Positions 24,481 to 36,910 of a stretch of 64,000 nt of DNA are shown piece by piece (the stretch's first letter is position 1; every line of letters begins with the position of its first letter). The position numbers and the translations under genes were made by a program. The DNA comes from Octopus sinensis (taxonomy: Eukaryota): the NCBI RefSeq assembly GCF_006345805.1, contig NC_043007.1, positions 992,001-1,056,000 of the forward strand, written 5' to 3'. The notes under the pieces were generated by a model. That model was given only the letters and a program-made list of their open reading frames with translations. It was not told the DNA's origin and did not search any database.

Positions 24481-24712
24481 TATATGAGTACAGGACACCA
24501 CAGGACTGCTTCAGCCGGATCGTGTTCTGCCCTTACCTTCGAAACACGGATTGAGTTGAACCAGGGGCAGCTGATGAAGGGCAATATTCCTTGTATTGTT
24601 TGTCTTGTACTCTGTTTTTTCCTTTTTAAAAAAAGTCTGTTTCCTTGTTTGATTTTATGTTTTCGTTTCTCGTTGTGTTCCATGTTTATTTCTGGTGTCC
24701 TGTACCCATATA
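24481..24712. mobile_element. Small element with 20-bp inverted termini in (TA)n
   Basis: tatatgagtacaggacacca (24481-24500) vs reverse complement of 24693-24712: 19/20 identical. Confidence 0.65.
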
Positions 24713-24859
24713 AGCATGTATATATACAAATAGATGTAGGTATGTACATATATGTATGTATGTATGTAAGCATATGTTTTATTTATTAAATTGTTATTAT
24801 ATGATTGAACGCCTCGCGTCGTTTTCTTATTCTCCATGTAAGTTTTTATTGTATATATA

Positions 24860-24909
<50 letters not shown>

Positions 24910-25097
24910 CCCGAATAAGCACATAAGTATGAAACAATTTGGGAAAAAATACTACACGAATACCGGAGGTAGAGTAATGTTTTATTATTAAAGCTGCAAA
25001 GACCTCACATGAAATGGTACTCAGAGTTTCACAACGAACGGGAATGTGAAACTCTGAGCAGCAGTTTTTATGATGTTTTAGCAGCTTTAATAAAAAA

Positions 25098-25136
<39 letters not shown>

Positions 25137-25168
25137 TGAGCCCTTTAGAGGGATGACATATACTGATA

Positions 25169-25205
<37 letters not shown>

Positions 25206-25254
25206 AACAGATATATAAAAATACACAGCCATATACTTATGCATACATATATAC

Positions 25255-25300
<46 letters not shown>

Positions 25301-25333
25301 GTATCTCTCCATCCAAAAGTGACCACTACTCAC

Positions 25334-25429
25334 CATAGTAGGATGCCATCGGCCATTTTCTTATAAAGATCATCAGATTCTGGATTAAGTGGCAGGTAGG
25401 GTTGACATTCTTTATCCCTGCTAAGGTTT
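25334..25429 (-). CDS. PLS3: Plastin/fimbrin exon (CH1 start)
   Basis: Absent from ORF track; tttttgcag acceptor, GTGAGT donor, phase 2/2; (S)NLSRDKECQPYLPLNPESDDLYKKMADGILL(C). Confidence 0.94.
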
Positions 25430-25973
25430 CTGCAAAAAAAGAAAGAAAAAAACCCCAGAAATGAATGAAATATATATATATTTTTTTTATCTTTTACTTA
25501 TTTCAGTCATTAAACTGCGGCCATGCTGGGGCAAAGCCTTGAAGGGTTTCACTAAACAAATCTACACCAGAACTTATTTTTTTTAAAGTCTGGTACTTAT
25601 TCTATCAGTTTCTTTGTCAAACCGCTAAGTTAGGAAACATAAACGAACCCTCATGAGTCATCAAGCAGTGGGGAGGGGACAGGTTCAAACACACACACAC
25701 ACACAGGCATGCGACTGGCTTCCACACACTTTCGGTCAACCAAATTCACTCGTAATGTATTGGGTGACACAAGGCTATAAAAGAGGTGCTGTGTAGTGGG
25801 ATTGAACTTGAAACCATATGGCTGCAAGTTTGCAAAGTAAGCTTCTTAACCACAGAGCTGTGTCTGCACCTATTTGCACAATGGGGGGGAAGTCTGAATT
25901 TCCTTTTAGCAGACAGGAAAGGCTGCAAAGTTGGGGCATATCAGTAATGTCATATCATTTAACAGGGGAGTGG

Positions 25974-26010
<37 letters not shown>

Positions 26011-26394
26011 GAAAGAGCTTTCTGGATCCTAAACTATTCCGTAGAGGGGGGGATAATATGTAGGGGGAGAGGGACAAAATGATTGGAGCGAATATAGAAA
26101 TGATACACAAATACACAGCTCTCCCAGAACTCAGATGCACTGATGTAGGTGGGTTTTCTCAAGAACCAGGCATCAGAGTGATGGAGTTGGAGTCAGGGTT
26201 GGAGTCAGTAAAACTACACCGACTCCGACTCCGACTATCTTTATTCTTTAATATAAACCAGTTATAACCTATAGACCTACTCAAAGTACAAGGGTATGCA
26301 TATGCGTTTATGAGATATGTAGAGCACAATCACTTGATTACATAAAGAGGAGCCGGAATTGGAGTCGGAGTCAAAGTATTTTTGTTTTGGCTCC

Positions 26395-26830
26395 ACAGAC
26401 CTGTCAAGAGCCTCATCATATTGCCTGACATCTTGGTCCGTTGTCATCTCCTCCATGAGGCCTAACATCTCCAGATCAGCCCTCACTTCTTGACCCCATT
26501 TCTTCCTGAGTCTCCCTCTTCTGCAGGTTTCATCCACTTTCAGCAATCGGCCCTTCTTCATACAACTGTCCTCATTCATATGCATTACATGACCAAACCA
26601 TTCAAGTTTTCTCTCTTGCATAATACATAGGATTTCTCTTCTGTCTAACTTTTCTCTCAACACATTTGCATTTTGCCATACATGTGCACTGATGTTGCAC
26701 ATCCATTGGTGCACACTAGCGTCAATCCTCTTCTTGAATGCAAGTCCTCCACATTCAAGCCCCATGTCTCTCTACCATGGAGCACAGCCATTTGTACACA
26801 ACTATCATACAATCTGACTTTCACTCACCA
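26395..26830 (-). mobile_element. RTE-type LINE 3' end
   Basis: RKLEWFGHVMHM...RRGRLRKKWGQEVRADLEMLGL is the RTE WFGHV...GRP..W signature, decayed. Confidence 0.85.
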
Positions 26831-26920
26831 AGAGAGAGAGAGAGAGGCCATTTGTTGACATCAGAGGTAACATAACAATACATACCATACCATAATGTAA
26901 CATACCGTAACATACATAAC

Positions 26921-27083
26921 ATAGGCTGTGTGGTAAGTAGCTTGCTTACCAGCCACATGGTTCCGGGTTCAGTCCCACTACGTGGGAACTTGGGCAAGTG
27001 TCTTCTGCTATAGCCTAGGGCCGACCAAAGCCTTGTGAGTGGATTTGGTAGACGGAAACTGAAAGAAGCCTGTCGTATACATG

Positions 27084-27156
<73 letters not shown>

Positions 27157-27365
27157 GTATGTATATGTTTGTCCTCCCAACATTGCTTGACAACCGATGC
27201 TGGTGTGTTTATGTCCCCCGTCACTTAGCGGTTCGGCAAGAGAGACTGATAGAATAAGTACTAGGCTTACAAAGAATAAATCCTGAGGTCGATTTGCTTG
27301 GCTAAAGGTGGTGCTCCAGCATGGCCGCAGTCAAATGACTAAAACTAATAAAAGAATAAAAGAAT
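26921..27365 (+). mobile_element. SINE family A, full length
   Basis: Head, internal (TG)n/(TA)n, aaagaataaaagaat tail. Other full copies 30400-30810 (+), 52268-52640 (-), 59255-59648 (-). Confidence 0.85.
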
Positions 27366-27382
27366 GCATAACACAAATAAAT

Positions 27383-27611
27383 AAGGTCTCTTTGCCACCG
27401 TAAAGTGGCCGGCCTGCTTAGGACGATGTCACTACTGTTTAGCCCCAGGAAAACATCTTTTCCAGTTGGCTACCGACAAATCATCTGTGTCTGTATACTG
27501 TGAGCACAGATGATGTATTGGCAGCCAACTGGAAAATATGTTTTCCTGGGGCTAAACAGTGGTGACATCATCCTAAGCAGGCCAGCCACTTTACGGTGGC
27601 AAAGAGACCTT
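27383..27611. repeat. Palindromic (foldback) element, 107-bp arms
   Basis: 27383-27489 pairs with 27505-27611 with scattered mismatches; 15-nt loop. Confidence 0.85.
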
Positions 27612-29515
27612 CTTCTGCAAGACTGTAACTGCATATTTCTTGCTCAGAGATTTAAAACTAGTTGGTTTCTTCTCTTTTATATATACACAACTAAGATCTC
27701 CTAAAGTTAACATAAACCTCTTCAAGGCTGGGCTTCAGAATGGCCACGACCCAATGCCTGAAATCAATATGTGAATGTGTGTAGAAGTAATATAATATTG
27801 CAAGCAAACTGCAGCCAAGTCAGCACCAATGAAACTGAATCTGCAGTTTCATTAAATGACATTGCATATTTCTGGCAAGGACAAAAAGCTCGTCTTCCCT
27901 CCATTATCAGTCGACGAGGCCAAATAACCCATCTCTATTACAGATAAGTTTACAAAACTGATTAAAAAAACAAGAACGAAAATAAATAAATGAATAAAAC
28001 AGGAAGGACTTTTTAGCATAATGAGTTTAATTACTGAAAAGATAAAAAAACAAATAACCACACAACAGGACTTAATTAAATAATAACACCAATTACTCCC
28101 TTCGTCATCCCCTGCCCCACTTCATCCGGCGCAGGCTGAAATTCCATTCATTAACAAAGACATAAAGAGACTAATTGGACATAAGTATTTCTCCAATGTG
28201 GTTTTACTTTGAGGTTTTTCTTTATTTGTTTTTGTTTTTGTTAAATGTTACTATTTTGCAGGTCGGGAGCTGAGCTGGCAGAACTGTTAGCACAGCGGAA
28301 AAAAATGCTTAGCAGCACGTCTTGCAGCTTTATGCTCTGAGTTCAAATCCTACCAACGTCGATTTTGCCTTTTATCCTTTCAGGGTTGATAAAAGAAGTA
28401 CCAGTTGTGCACTGGAGGTCAATGTAATCAACTAGGTCCCTTCCTGACTGACCCTCGTGCCGGTGGCACGTAAAAGCACCCACTACACTCTCGGAGTGGT
28501 TGGCATTAGGAAGGGCATCCAGCCATAGAAAATCTGCCAGATCAGATTGGAGCCTGGTGCAGTCATCTGGTTTTCCAGTCCTCAGTCAAATCGTTCAACC
28601 CATGCTAGCATGGAAAGCGGACGTTAAATGATGATGATGATGATATATGACAAGCTTCTTTCAGTTTCCGTCAACCAAATATACTCCCAAGGCTTTAGTC
28701 AGCCCAAGACTATAGTAGAAGACACTTGCCGCTAAGCATTTGCTTGACGAGCTAACGATTCTGCCAGCTCTCTGCCTTAATTAATGTTGATATATTAATG
28801 TATATATTCACACACAGAGAGGCATGTCTGTATTAAGGTGTCCACATGGCAACCATGTGGTTTTGGTTTCAGTTCCACAGTGTGGTACCTTTTGCAATTG
28901 TCTTCTATTATACCCCCGGCGAAAGAATGTGTCTGGTGGACGTGTCTGAAAGGATTGGAGACAAACACTTTCCTCTCTGGTCAATCTCTCATCAACTTCT
29001 TCAAGTATCACTTGAAAAGGAAAGTGAGAGTAGAGAGGCAAGTTTTGTCTAGCGAATGTTTCAAAAAAAGATGGGTAAATGTAGCAAGGATGGCATGTAT
29101 GAATGACGAAGCCACCTTGAGCATAATCCTATGAACCCGGAAAAATTTAAAACAGAGAGTTACTTGTAAACAAATGTGTTAACGTGTGACATTATTGACC
29201 GAGGTTACCGTGATCTTTTCCGTAGGCTTTTCTTTCCACGGATAAACCTTATCTGCTTCTCCCTTTACACTTTACATCATGACATTTCTGTGATACACGA
29301 TCCCTACTGATCGTTTTTTTTCCCCCTTTTACGATCCCTTTTGATTGAAAACCTACCCCACATTTTTTTTCTCTCCCCAAAAAGAAAAGCACTACTTTGT
29401 AATCTGTCCCATCTGTGTGGAGCCCTGCGTGGCTAATAAAGAAACATATTATACCTCTGGCTGACCAATGACAGGTAAGTGAATTTGGAAGAAGGAAACT
29501 AGATGGAAGCCAACT

Positions 29516-29547
<32 letters not shown>

Positions 29548-29893
29548 GCATGTATGTATGTGTGTGTGTGTATGTGAGCATGTGTGTGTATGTCTTTGTG
29601 CTTCTGTTTGTTCCCCCACCACATGACAACTGGTGTTGGTTTGTTTACATCCCAGTAACATAGTAGTCTGTCAAAAAAAACACACAAACGCACAAAAAAC
29701 AAAAAGTACTGACGTAGATTCGTTCGACTGAGCTTTTCAAGACAGTGCTCCAGTATGACCACAGTCCTCTGAATGGAACAAGTAAAAGATTAAAAAAAAA
29801 AGATTCCATGCAGCATTCTAAGGACCCTGCAGATCCGATTCCTTGACCAATGTTTAAATAAAAGACCCAAAGAAAGAAAGGAAGAAAACTTAC

Positions 29894-30063
29894 GAGTTGA
29901 TCCATTCAGAAAAGGCAACTTGTTCTGCTGTGCGTACGGAGTGGGTGGTCCCTGCACTGGAGGCTGTGGTGCGACCGCCATGGGTACAGATTCCCTCTCG
30001 GCGTTGTACTTGTTTCTTAAACAGGATTCCTAGATCTTTATTTTTTTTCAGTTCAAGATATAA
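29894..30063 (-). CDS. PLS3: Plastin/fimbrin exon (headpiece-ABD1 linker)
   Basis: LYLELKKNKDLGILFKKQVQRREGICTHGGRTTASSAGTTHSVRTAEQVAFSEWIN(S); ttccccag acceptor, GTAAGT donor. Confidence 0.95.
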
Positions 30064-30546
30064 CTGGGGAAAGAAGAAAACAGAAACGAAATTAAAATAG
30101 AAGTTTAAACAAAAATTTTAATTATTTCTGCAAGGGTGGCTGTGTGGTAAGTAGCTTGCTTACGCTTTTAATTGTAATGGACATTTTAGTCCATAAAAGT
30201 GTTATAAAATTGTAAGAGGGTTAATACCTCATTTAGTATTTTTAAAAAACAAGAACAATGTTTTAGAGAAGCTACAGTTGGTGGGCGCTTTCTGTCTTCT
30301 CCCATCCTTATCATCCTTGCATCGTTATCATTCATTTCATTAATGTCTTGTCCAGCCCGCAAAGCTACCTTACTCTTTATGGCAAATTTGATAAAATAAA
30401 GTAGCTTGCTTACGAACCACATGGTTCCGGGTTCAGTCCCACCGTGTGGCACCTTGGGCAAGTGTCTTCTACTATAGCCATGGGCCGACCAAAGCGCTTG
30501 TGAGTGGATTTGGTAGACAGAAACTGAAAGAATCCCATCGTATATA

Positions 30547-30601
<55 letters not shown>

Positions 30602-32774
30602 TTGTGTGTATATGTTTGTGTTTGTCCCCACCAACATCGCTTGACAACCGATGCTGGTGTGTTTACATCCCCGCAACTTAGCAGTTCAGCAAAAGAGACT
30701 GATAGAATAAGTACTAGGCATCCAAAGAATAAGTCCTGAGGTTGATTTGCTCGACTAAAGGTGGTGCTCCAGCATGGCCACATTCAAATGACTGAAACGA
30801 GTAAAAGAGTAATGGCTTTGTATACATTTGGATTTATGAATAACAAATATTAGAAAGCATCTGTTATTATCATCCTCATCATTTCATGTAGATTTTTTTC
30901 CATGATGCAATGGGGATTGGATCAGTATGTTTCAGCACAAAACCTCACTAATTGTGATGGGTCCTTTCTCATCTAGCACACATGGTAACAGAGTAAACCT
31001 TTAAACTTTTTTGTTGGGGTGCTAAGAGCACCATCCGAGTGTGATCGTTGCCAGAGCAGCTAATTGGCTTCCTTGCCGGTGGCACATAAAATGCACCATT
31101 CGAGCGTGATCATTACCAGTGTTGCCTTAGTGGCAATTGTGCCTGTGGCACATGTAAAAACATTCGAGCGAGGTCGTTGCCAGTACCACCTGACTGGCCC
31201 CCGTGCTGGTGGCACGTAAAAGCACCCACTACACTCTCGGAGTGGTTGGCGTTAGGAAGGGCATCCAGCTGTAGAAACTCTTCCAGATCAAGATTGGAGC
31301 CTGGTGCAGCCATTTGGTTCGCCAGCCCTCAGTCAAATCGTCCAACCCATGCCGGCATGGAAAGCGGATGTTAAACAATGATGTTGTGTGCATGACAGTT
31401 TTTCCACCAAGATGTTTTTACAGCTGGATGTCCTTCATATTGCAACTACTTTACCAAAACAAAAAACAGAACCCACAAGAATTTCATAATGCCACAGGCA
31501 CTAGAACAGTTGTTTGTGCTGAGACCAAAGACTCCCTTAAATTATAAGGCCTATCTCAGTCAGTATCGACCATGGATCTGCACTGATAGGTACAGGCCTG
31601 GGTAAGGTTTATTGTAGTAAACTACCAGTTGTTCAAACACTGAAATCTCTTTCCTACAACCCAGTGGTGTTATCCAAGGTAAAGGATTCTCTTAATCCTT
31701 TTCCTTCTGGATTATCCTGTCAAATGTAATCCTTATTTATTCACATTCTTTTGAATTAATCCTGCGTTATCTCATAGCTTCAAGATTTCGATGACATCAT
31801 TGTTTATTTGTAGAATGAAAACAAACCTTTAAAATAAAATAGAATATTTGGACCGGATATGATTGATTTAATCCTTTCGTGACCAACCTGGCTGAAACCG
31901 CCTCTGGCACTGTTGTACAAATGTCTTGTTTTCACAAGTTTTGAATTAAAATTTTCCACTAGACTTTAATCACAATTTATGTTCCTAACACTAGCTTAAT
32001 AATAACCAAGTTATTTTATTAAATTCTTTGTTATATTTAAAGTAATTGAAAGAAACACAGAGCATCTCAACAGAAATACAGTAATGAAAGGGTTAAATGC
32101 TTAAAGGTTGAAGGTGGGTACAGCTTAGGTGCCAAAGTTGCTGTAGACCTGCACTTAGAACACAAACAGCCAGTACAGATAATGCAAAGCATCTTGTCTA
32201 ATGCTCTAACAATGCATCCAATCTGCTACCCTTGGGTGGTCACTTTCCAATCATTAATTCATTATGCCAGTGCCACCTGACTAGCTCCTGTGCTGGTGGC
32301 ATCTAAAAAGCACCCACTACACTCTTGGAGTACTTGGCGTTAGGAGGGGCATCCAGTTATAAAAACCTTGCCAAATCAGACTGGAGCCTGGTGCAGCCTC
32401 CTGGCTTGCCAGTCCTCAGTCAAGCTGTCCAACCCACGCCTGTATGGGAAACGGATGTTAAACAACGATGGTGACAATGATGATCTCACAGCAAGTCGTG
32501 TACCTCTGGAAGACAACACTTTTTGTCATAGTCACCAGACGACATCCTTTCCTTACGGTCAACGGGCAGGCATAGGGGACAGCGTCTCACAGATTCATGT
32601 CAAAAGTTGACAAGAGGGGACTATCTTAATAACAAATTTAGTTGGCTATAATGAGGGGTGATGTAATAATATAGAGAAAGGTCTGTGAAGGTCATAGACG
32701 AAGGGAACAGGCATAAGCTAATCTTCCTATATTTCATTCTCTATCTGTTGGTGTGTGCATGTGTACACACATAC

Positions 32775-32814
<40 letters not shown>

Positions 32815-35099
32815 CATACACACACACACACACACTCTGGTCTTTGAACTAACTTCAATTACTTATTGAAACTGAACTGACTCCTCTTTGCAAGCAGTTG
32901 AGACCAGGAAGGTCAGTGATAGAAACAGGTTTGGATAAAAGTAATTGGAAAGGAAGGAAGGAAGGAAGGAAGGGGAGAAAGACAAAGAAACCAGAAGAGA
33001 GGATTAATGAGAAAGGAGGGGGGAAAGGAGGAAGGAATAAGAGTGCAAATGTGAACAAGGGATGGCACGAAAGGGCAAGGGTGACCAAGAGAAAAGGTTA
33101 AGAGATGGAGAGAAAAAGGAGAGAGAGAGAGATAGAGAGACTGAGAGACAGAGACAGACAGATCAGTAATAGACATCATTTAAAAATATCTCCCCCACCC
33201 CGCCGACTGTAAACGATAAACATAAACAATAACAACAAGCTGTGCTGGTCATATTTTTACATAATTATCAACGACTGTTTATCTAAGAACTTTCAAAAGT
33301 AGGTCAAGTAATGTAGGTCAACAGTGTTAAGAAATGTTTTGACAGGCAAAGGAAGAGGGGAGGGGTTTCCTCTGGTCTTTGGGAAAAAGAACAAATAAAT
33401 TTAGTGGTAAAATAAAAATTCTCTATGTAGAGCTTGTGATATTTGCAGTTCTTATTCTGTTCAGCTCTATAATCAGAGACAATCCAGCTCTGACCATCAT
33501 ATCATTTTAGCGACAGCTAAGACTAAATTGCCCAATGTGTCTGCTCTTCTTTGTATTTCTACTTAGAGATTATAGTCATTACTACCTCAGCAAATGAAGT
33601 GAAGGTTATGCTTTGCTGAGGAGTTCAGAATAAGACCAAAATATGACTGGAGTTATCTCCCATAATTGCTGGAATGATAAAAACAATACTGGTCATTGAT
33701 TAATAGCTTTTTTAGAGCATAATTATTTTTAGTTAGTTTTTATTTTTAAGATTACTTAACTATCTTACGTCTAACTTAAGCAAACTACTTACCTGGAAAT
33801 ATTCTGTTTACCTTTAACCCTAAAGTATAAAGATTGGTTAAGGAATCAATATCTAACATATAACATTCAAATAATAATGGCTTCTAATTTAGGCACCAGG
33901 CCAGCAAGAGCAGTGAAGAGAGAAGCTTAGCTGATTATATCAACCCCAGCATGCAACTGGTACTTTATTTTATGAATCCTGATGGGACAAAAGAAAAAGT
34001 TGACTGTGGCAGGTTATGAACCAAGAAAGTAAAGAATTAGGAGAAATACTAATTTCAAATTTTGGCACAAGGCCGGCATCAGCAATTTCGAAGGAGGGGT
34101 AAGATGATTACATCAATCCCAGCATTCAAGTGGTCTTTATTTTATCAATTCCAACAGGATGGAAGGCAAGGTCGACCTCAACAGAATTTGAACTTAGAAT
34201 GTAAAGAGCCAAAAGAAATGCTGCTAACCATTTTGCCTGGCGGGCTAACGATTCTGCCAGCTCACCGCCTTAATAATAATCATGATGATGATTATCATCA
34301 TCATTTAACGTCTGCTTTCCATGCTAGCATGGGTTGGACGATTTTGACTGAGGGCTGGCGAATCAGATGGCTGCCCTTCCTAACACAAACCACTCCGAGA
34401 GTGTAGTGGGTGCTTTTTACGTGCCACCAGCATGGGGGCCAGTCAGGCGGTACTGGCAACGACCTCACTTGAATCTTTTTACACATGCCACCGGCACAGG
34501 TGCCAGTAAGGCAACGTTGGTAACGATCATGCTCAAATGGTGCCCTTTTACGTGTCACGGCACGGGGCCAGTCAGGCGGTACTGGCAATGACCTCACTCG
34601 AATCTTTTTACACATGCCACCAGCACAGGTGCCAGTAAGGCGACGTTGGTAACGATCACGCTCGAATTCTGTTAATAATAACAGAAATTAATAGACTAGA
34701 CATAATGATTATAGATAAGGAAAAGCAAAGTTGCTTTCATATCAACCCATCATACCTGTTTGAATCCAGGATTGTAAAGAAAGAACAACAACAACAACAA
34801 ACTTTGTAAAATTGTCCACCTGTCTTCTTTGCTAATGCAAAAATAAAAATAGACATTTTGCATTCATCTATTATACATTTTCTTTCTTCACCATGGTGTA
34901 TTACAAGTTCAAAATGTTTAAAACCCATCTAAATTTAATTAAGCTGCAAAAGCCGGGAGAACTGCATCTGTCGCCCTTGCAGTCACTGTAGAAGCCATTT
35001 CATTTTTTATAGTTCTGAAGTATATTGTGTGTTTCAGCATTCTACATCTATAAAGGGATCATTTCTGATGTGTCCACTGCAGCCAATGGCCTTTCAACA

Positions 35100-35430
35100 A
35101 TAGGAGGAGGAGACCCTCTTTGGTCATGAATGACCATGGGATTGCACTTACAAAGTTACCCTCCAAGGCACAAGTCTGGGCAAGGTTGTTTGTGGAAGGC
35201 CAGCAGTTGCCCATGCATACCAGCCTCCCCTCTCCTCGCCACTGATGTTATCCAAGGGAAAGGCAAAGGGGCCGATACAGCTAGGCACCAGTAATGTTGC
35301 AACTCATTTCTACAGCTGAGTGAACTGGAGCAACGTGAAATAAAGTGTTTTGCTCAAGAACACAACATGCAGCCCGGTCCAGGATTCGAACTCACAACCT
35401 CAATGCTCTAACCACTGAGCCATGTTAAAT
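35100..35430 (-). mobile_element. tRNA-derived SINE (family D)
   Basis: tRNA-like head at the right end (gttcgaatcc on -); partial copy at ~40680-40905. Confidence 0.7.
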
Positions 35431-35624
35431 ATGCCATAAATGAAGATTTTAATCAAGAGCTTCTACTGCTTAATTAGAACGATAATTTCATTGTCCTTTT
35501 TAAATTTCCCCACAAAGCAGTTATCCTACCCTTAGGAGAAACACTGAACAAAGAGGAAATGAAATAAAAGGAAAAAAAAAAAACACTGCTGGACACAGCT
35601 TTTATTAAAGAAAGAGATAGTTAC

Positions 35625-35780
35625 CATCTGAAATTCATCAATATCCAATTTTTGATCTTCTCCATGATCAAAGTTTCCAATCAAATCACGGATTTCATAA
35701 CCAGCAAGCTTTATGTTGAGTTGTTCAAGAGCATTATCGAGTTCGGATGCTGTGATGTGCCCACTGTTGTCTTGATCGAT
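35625..35780 (-). CDS. PLS3: Plastin/fimbrin exon (EF-hand headpiece)
   Basis: IDQDNSGHITASELDNALEQLNIKLAGYEIRDLIGNFDHGEDQKLDIDEFQM; ctttgcag acceptor, GTAACT donor, phase 0/0. The upstream exon carrying the entering helix and ATG is needed. Confidence 0.94.
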
Positions 35781-36687
35781 CTGCAAAGAGACAATAATAA
35801 GACCATTAATATTCATCCACAAATACACAACGTTTTATAAAGTTACGTATGGTCTCATATAAGCACCATTCATAAGAACAAAACCAATGTTGCATGCGTG
35901 AAGGCACATGGCCCAATGCTTAAGATGTTGCACTCACAATTGCTAGATAATAGTTTTGATTCCCAGACTCAATAGAACATTGTGTTCTTGAGCAAGATTA
36001 TTCATTTCCTTTTACTCTAGTTTAATTAGCTGTAAATGAGTAAGTCTGCAACAAACTGGCGCTCTGCTGAGGGGGTTTCAGTGTGGTCTTGGTCACTTGT
36101 GCAGCATAGAAGCCAGACAACTGCCCCTATGAGTCTTCTATGAGTCTTACAGCTCAAAACAGAAATATCCAAGAGCTGATGAATGTTTAAAAGCTAAATA
36201 TTTCCTTCATAAAAACCATAACATGGCTGTCCCTTGCAAATGTGAATGGCCTGGTGACACATACCATGCTTTTGCTAATTGTTTTAGAGTCCTGGGTAAT
36301 CGTGAGTAAAAGCAGACATTCTGTCGGACCTACTAACTATGATCCAGTAGAACATAATAAGAATGTGACAGCTAAAGGGCTGAGAAGATAACACCAGTAT
36401 GTAGCTGGTATTCATTTTCAGCAGACAAGACTGGTGTGATGTGAAAATGAGTTCCTTTCTCAGGGATACAATGCGACATTCAGTTCAGGGATCAAATCCG
36501 TGCTCATGACTCTAAAGACCATCTACCTTCACTCTCCATAAAAAAAAGCCTTAGAAATTAAGTGCAAAAGAAAAAATAGTTAAAGCAAGGAATAATGTCT
36601 GTTAGAAACTCGTGTCTTTTCTTTGGACATACTCCAGAAGAATGGTATACAGAAATTGTGGAACCCTGTTGTATATATCATATACAA

Positions 36688-36910
36688 GGCAGTGAGCTGG
36701 CAGAATCGTTAGCATGCCGGCCGAAATACTTAGCTAAATTTTGTCTGCCATTACGTTCTGAGTTCAAATTCTGCCGAGGTCAACTTTGCCTTTCGTCCTT
36801 CCAGAGTCGATTAAATAAATACCAGTTATGCACTGGGGTCAATATAATTGACTTAATGCCTTTGTCGGTCCTTGTTTGTCCCTTCTATGTTTAGCCCCTT
36901 GAGGGCAATA
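36688..36910 (+). mobile_element. SINE family B monomer
   Basis: Head + one body module; further copies near 28262-28440, 40320-40685, 46420-46830, 49330-49755. Confidence 0.8.

Noticed and set aside
24536-24620. GTAAGG donor-like site on - strand between plastin exons
   Set aside because: No polypyrimidine acceptor; lies inside an inverted-terminus repeat; flanking exons already join in phase.
28808-29041. ORF VILEEVDERLTREESV.. with an acceptor-like site
   Set aside because: Runs into a SINE A fragment, is not plastin-like, and the plastin reading frame is complete without it.
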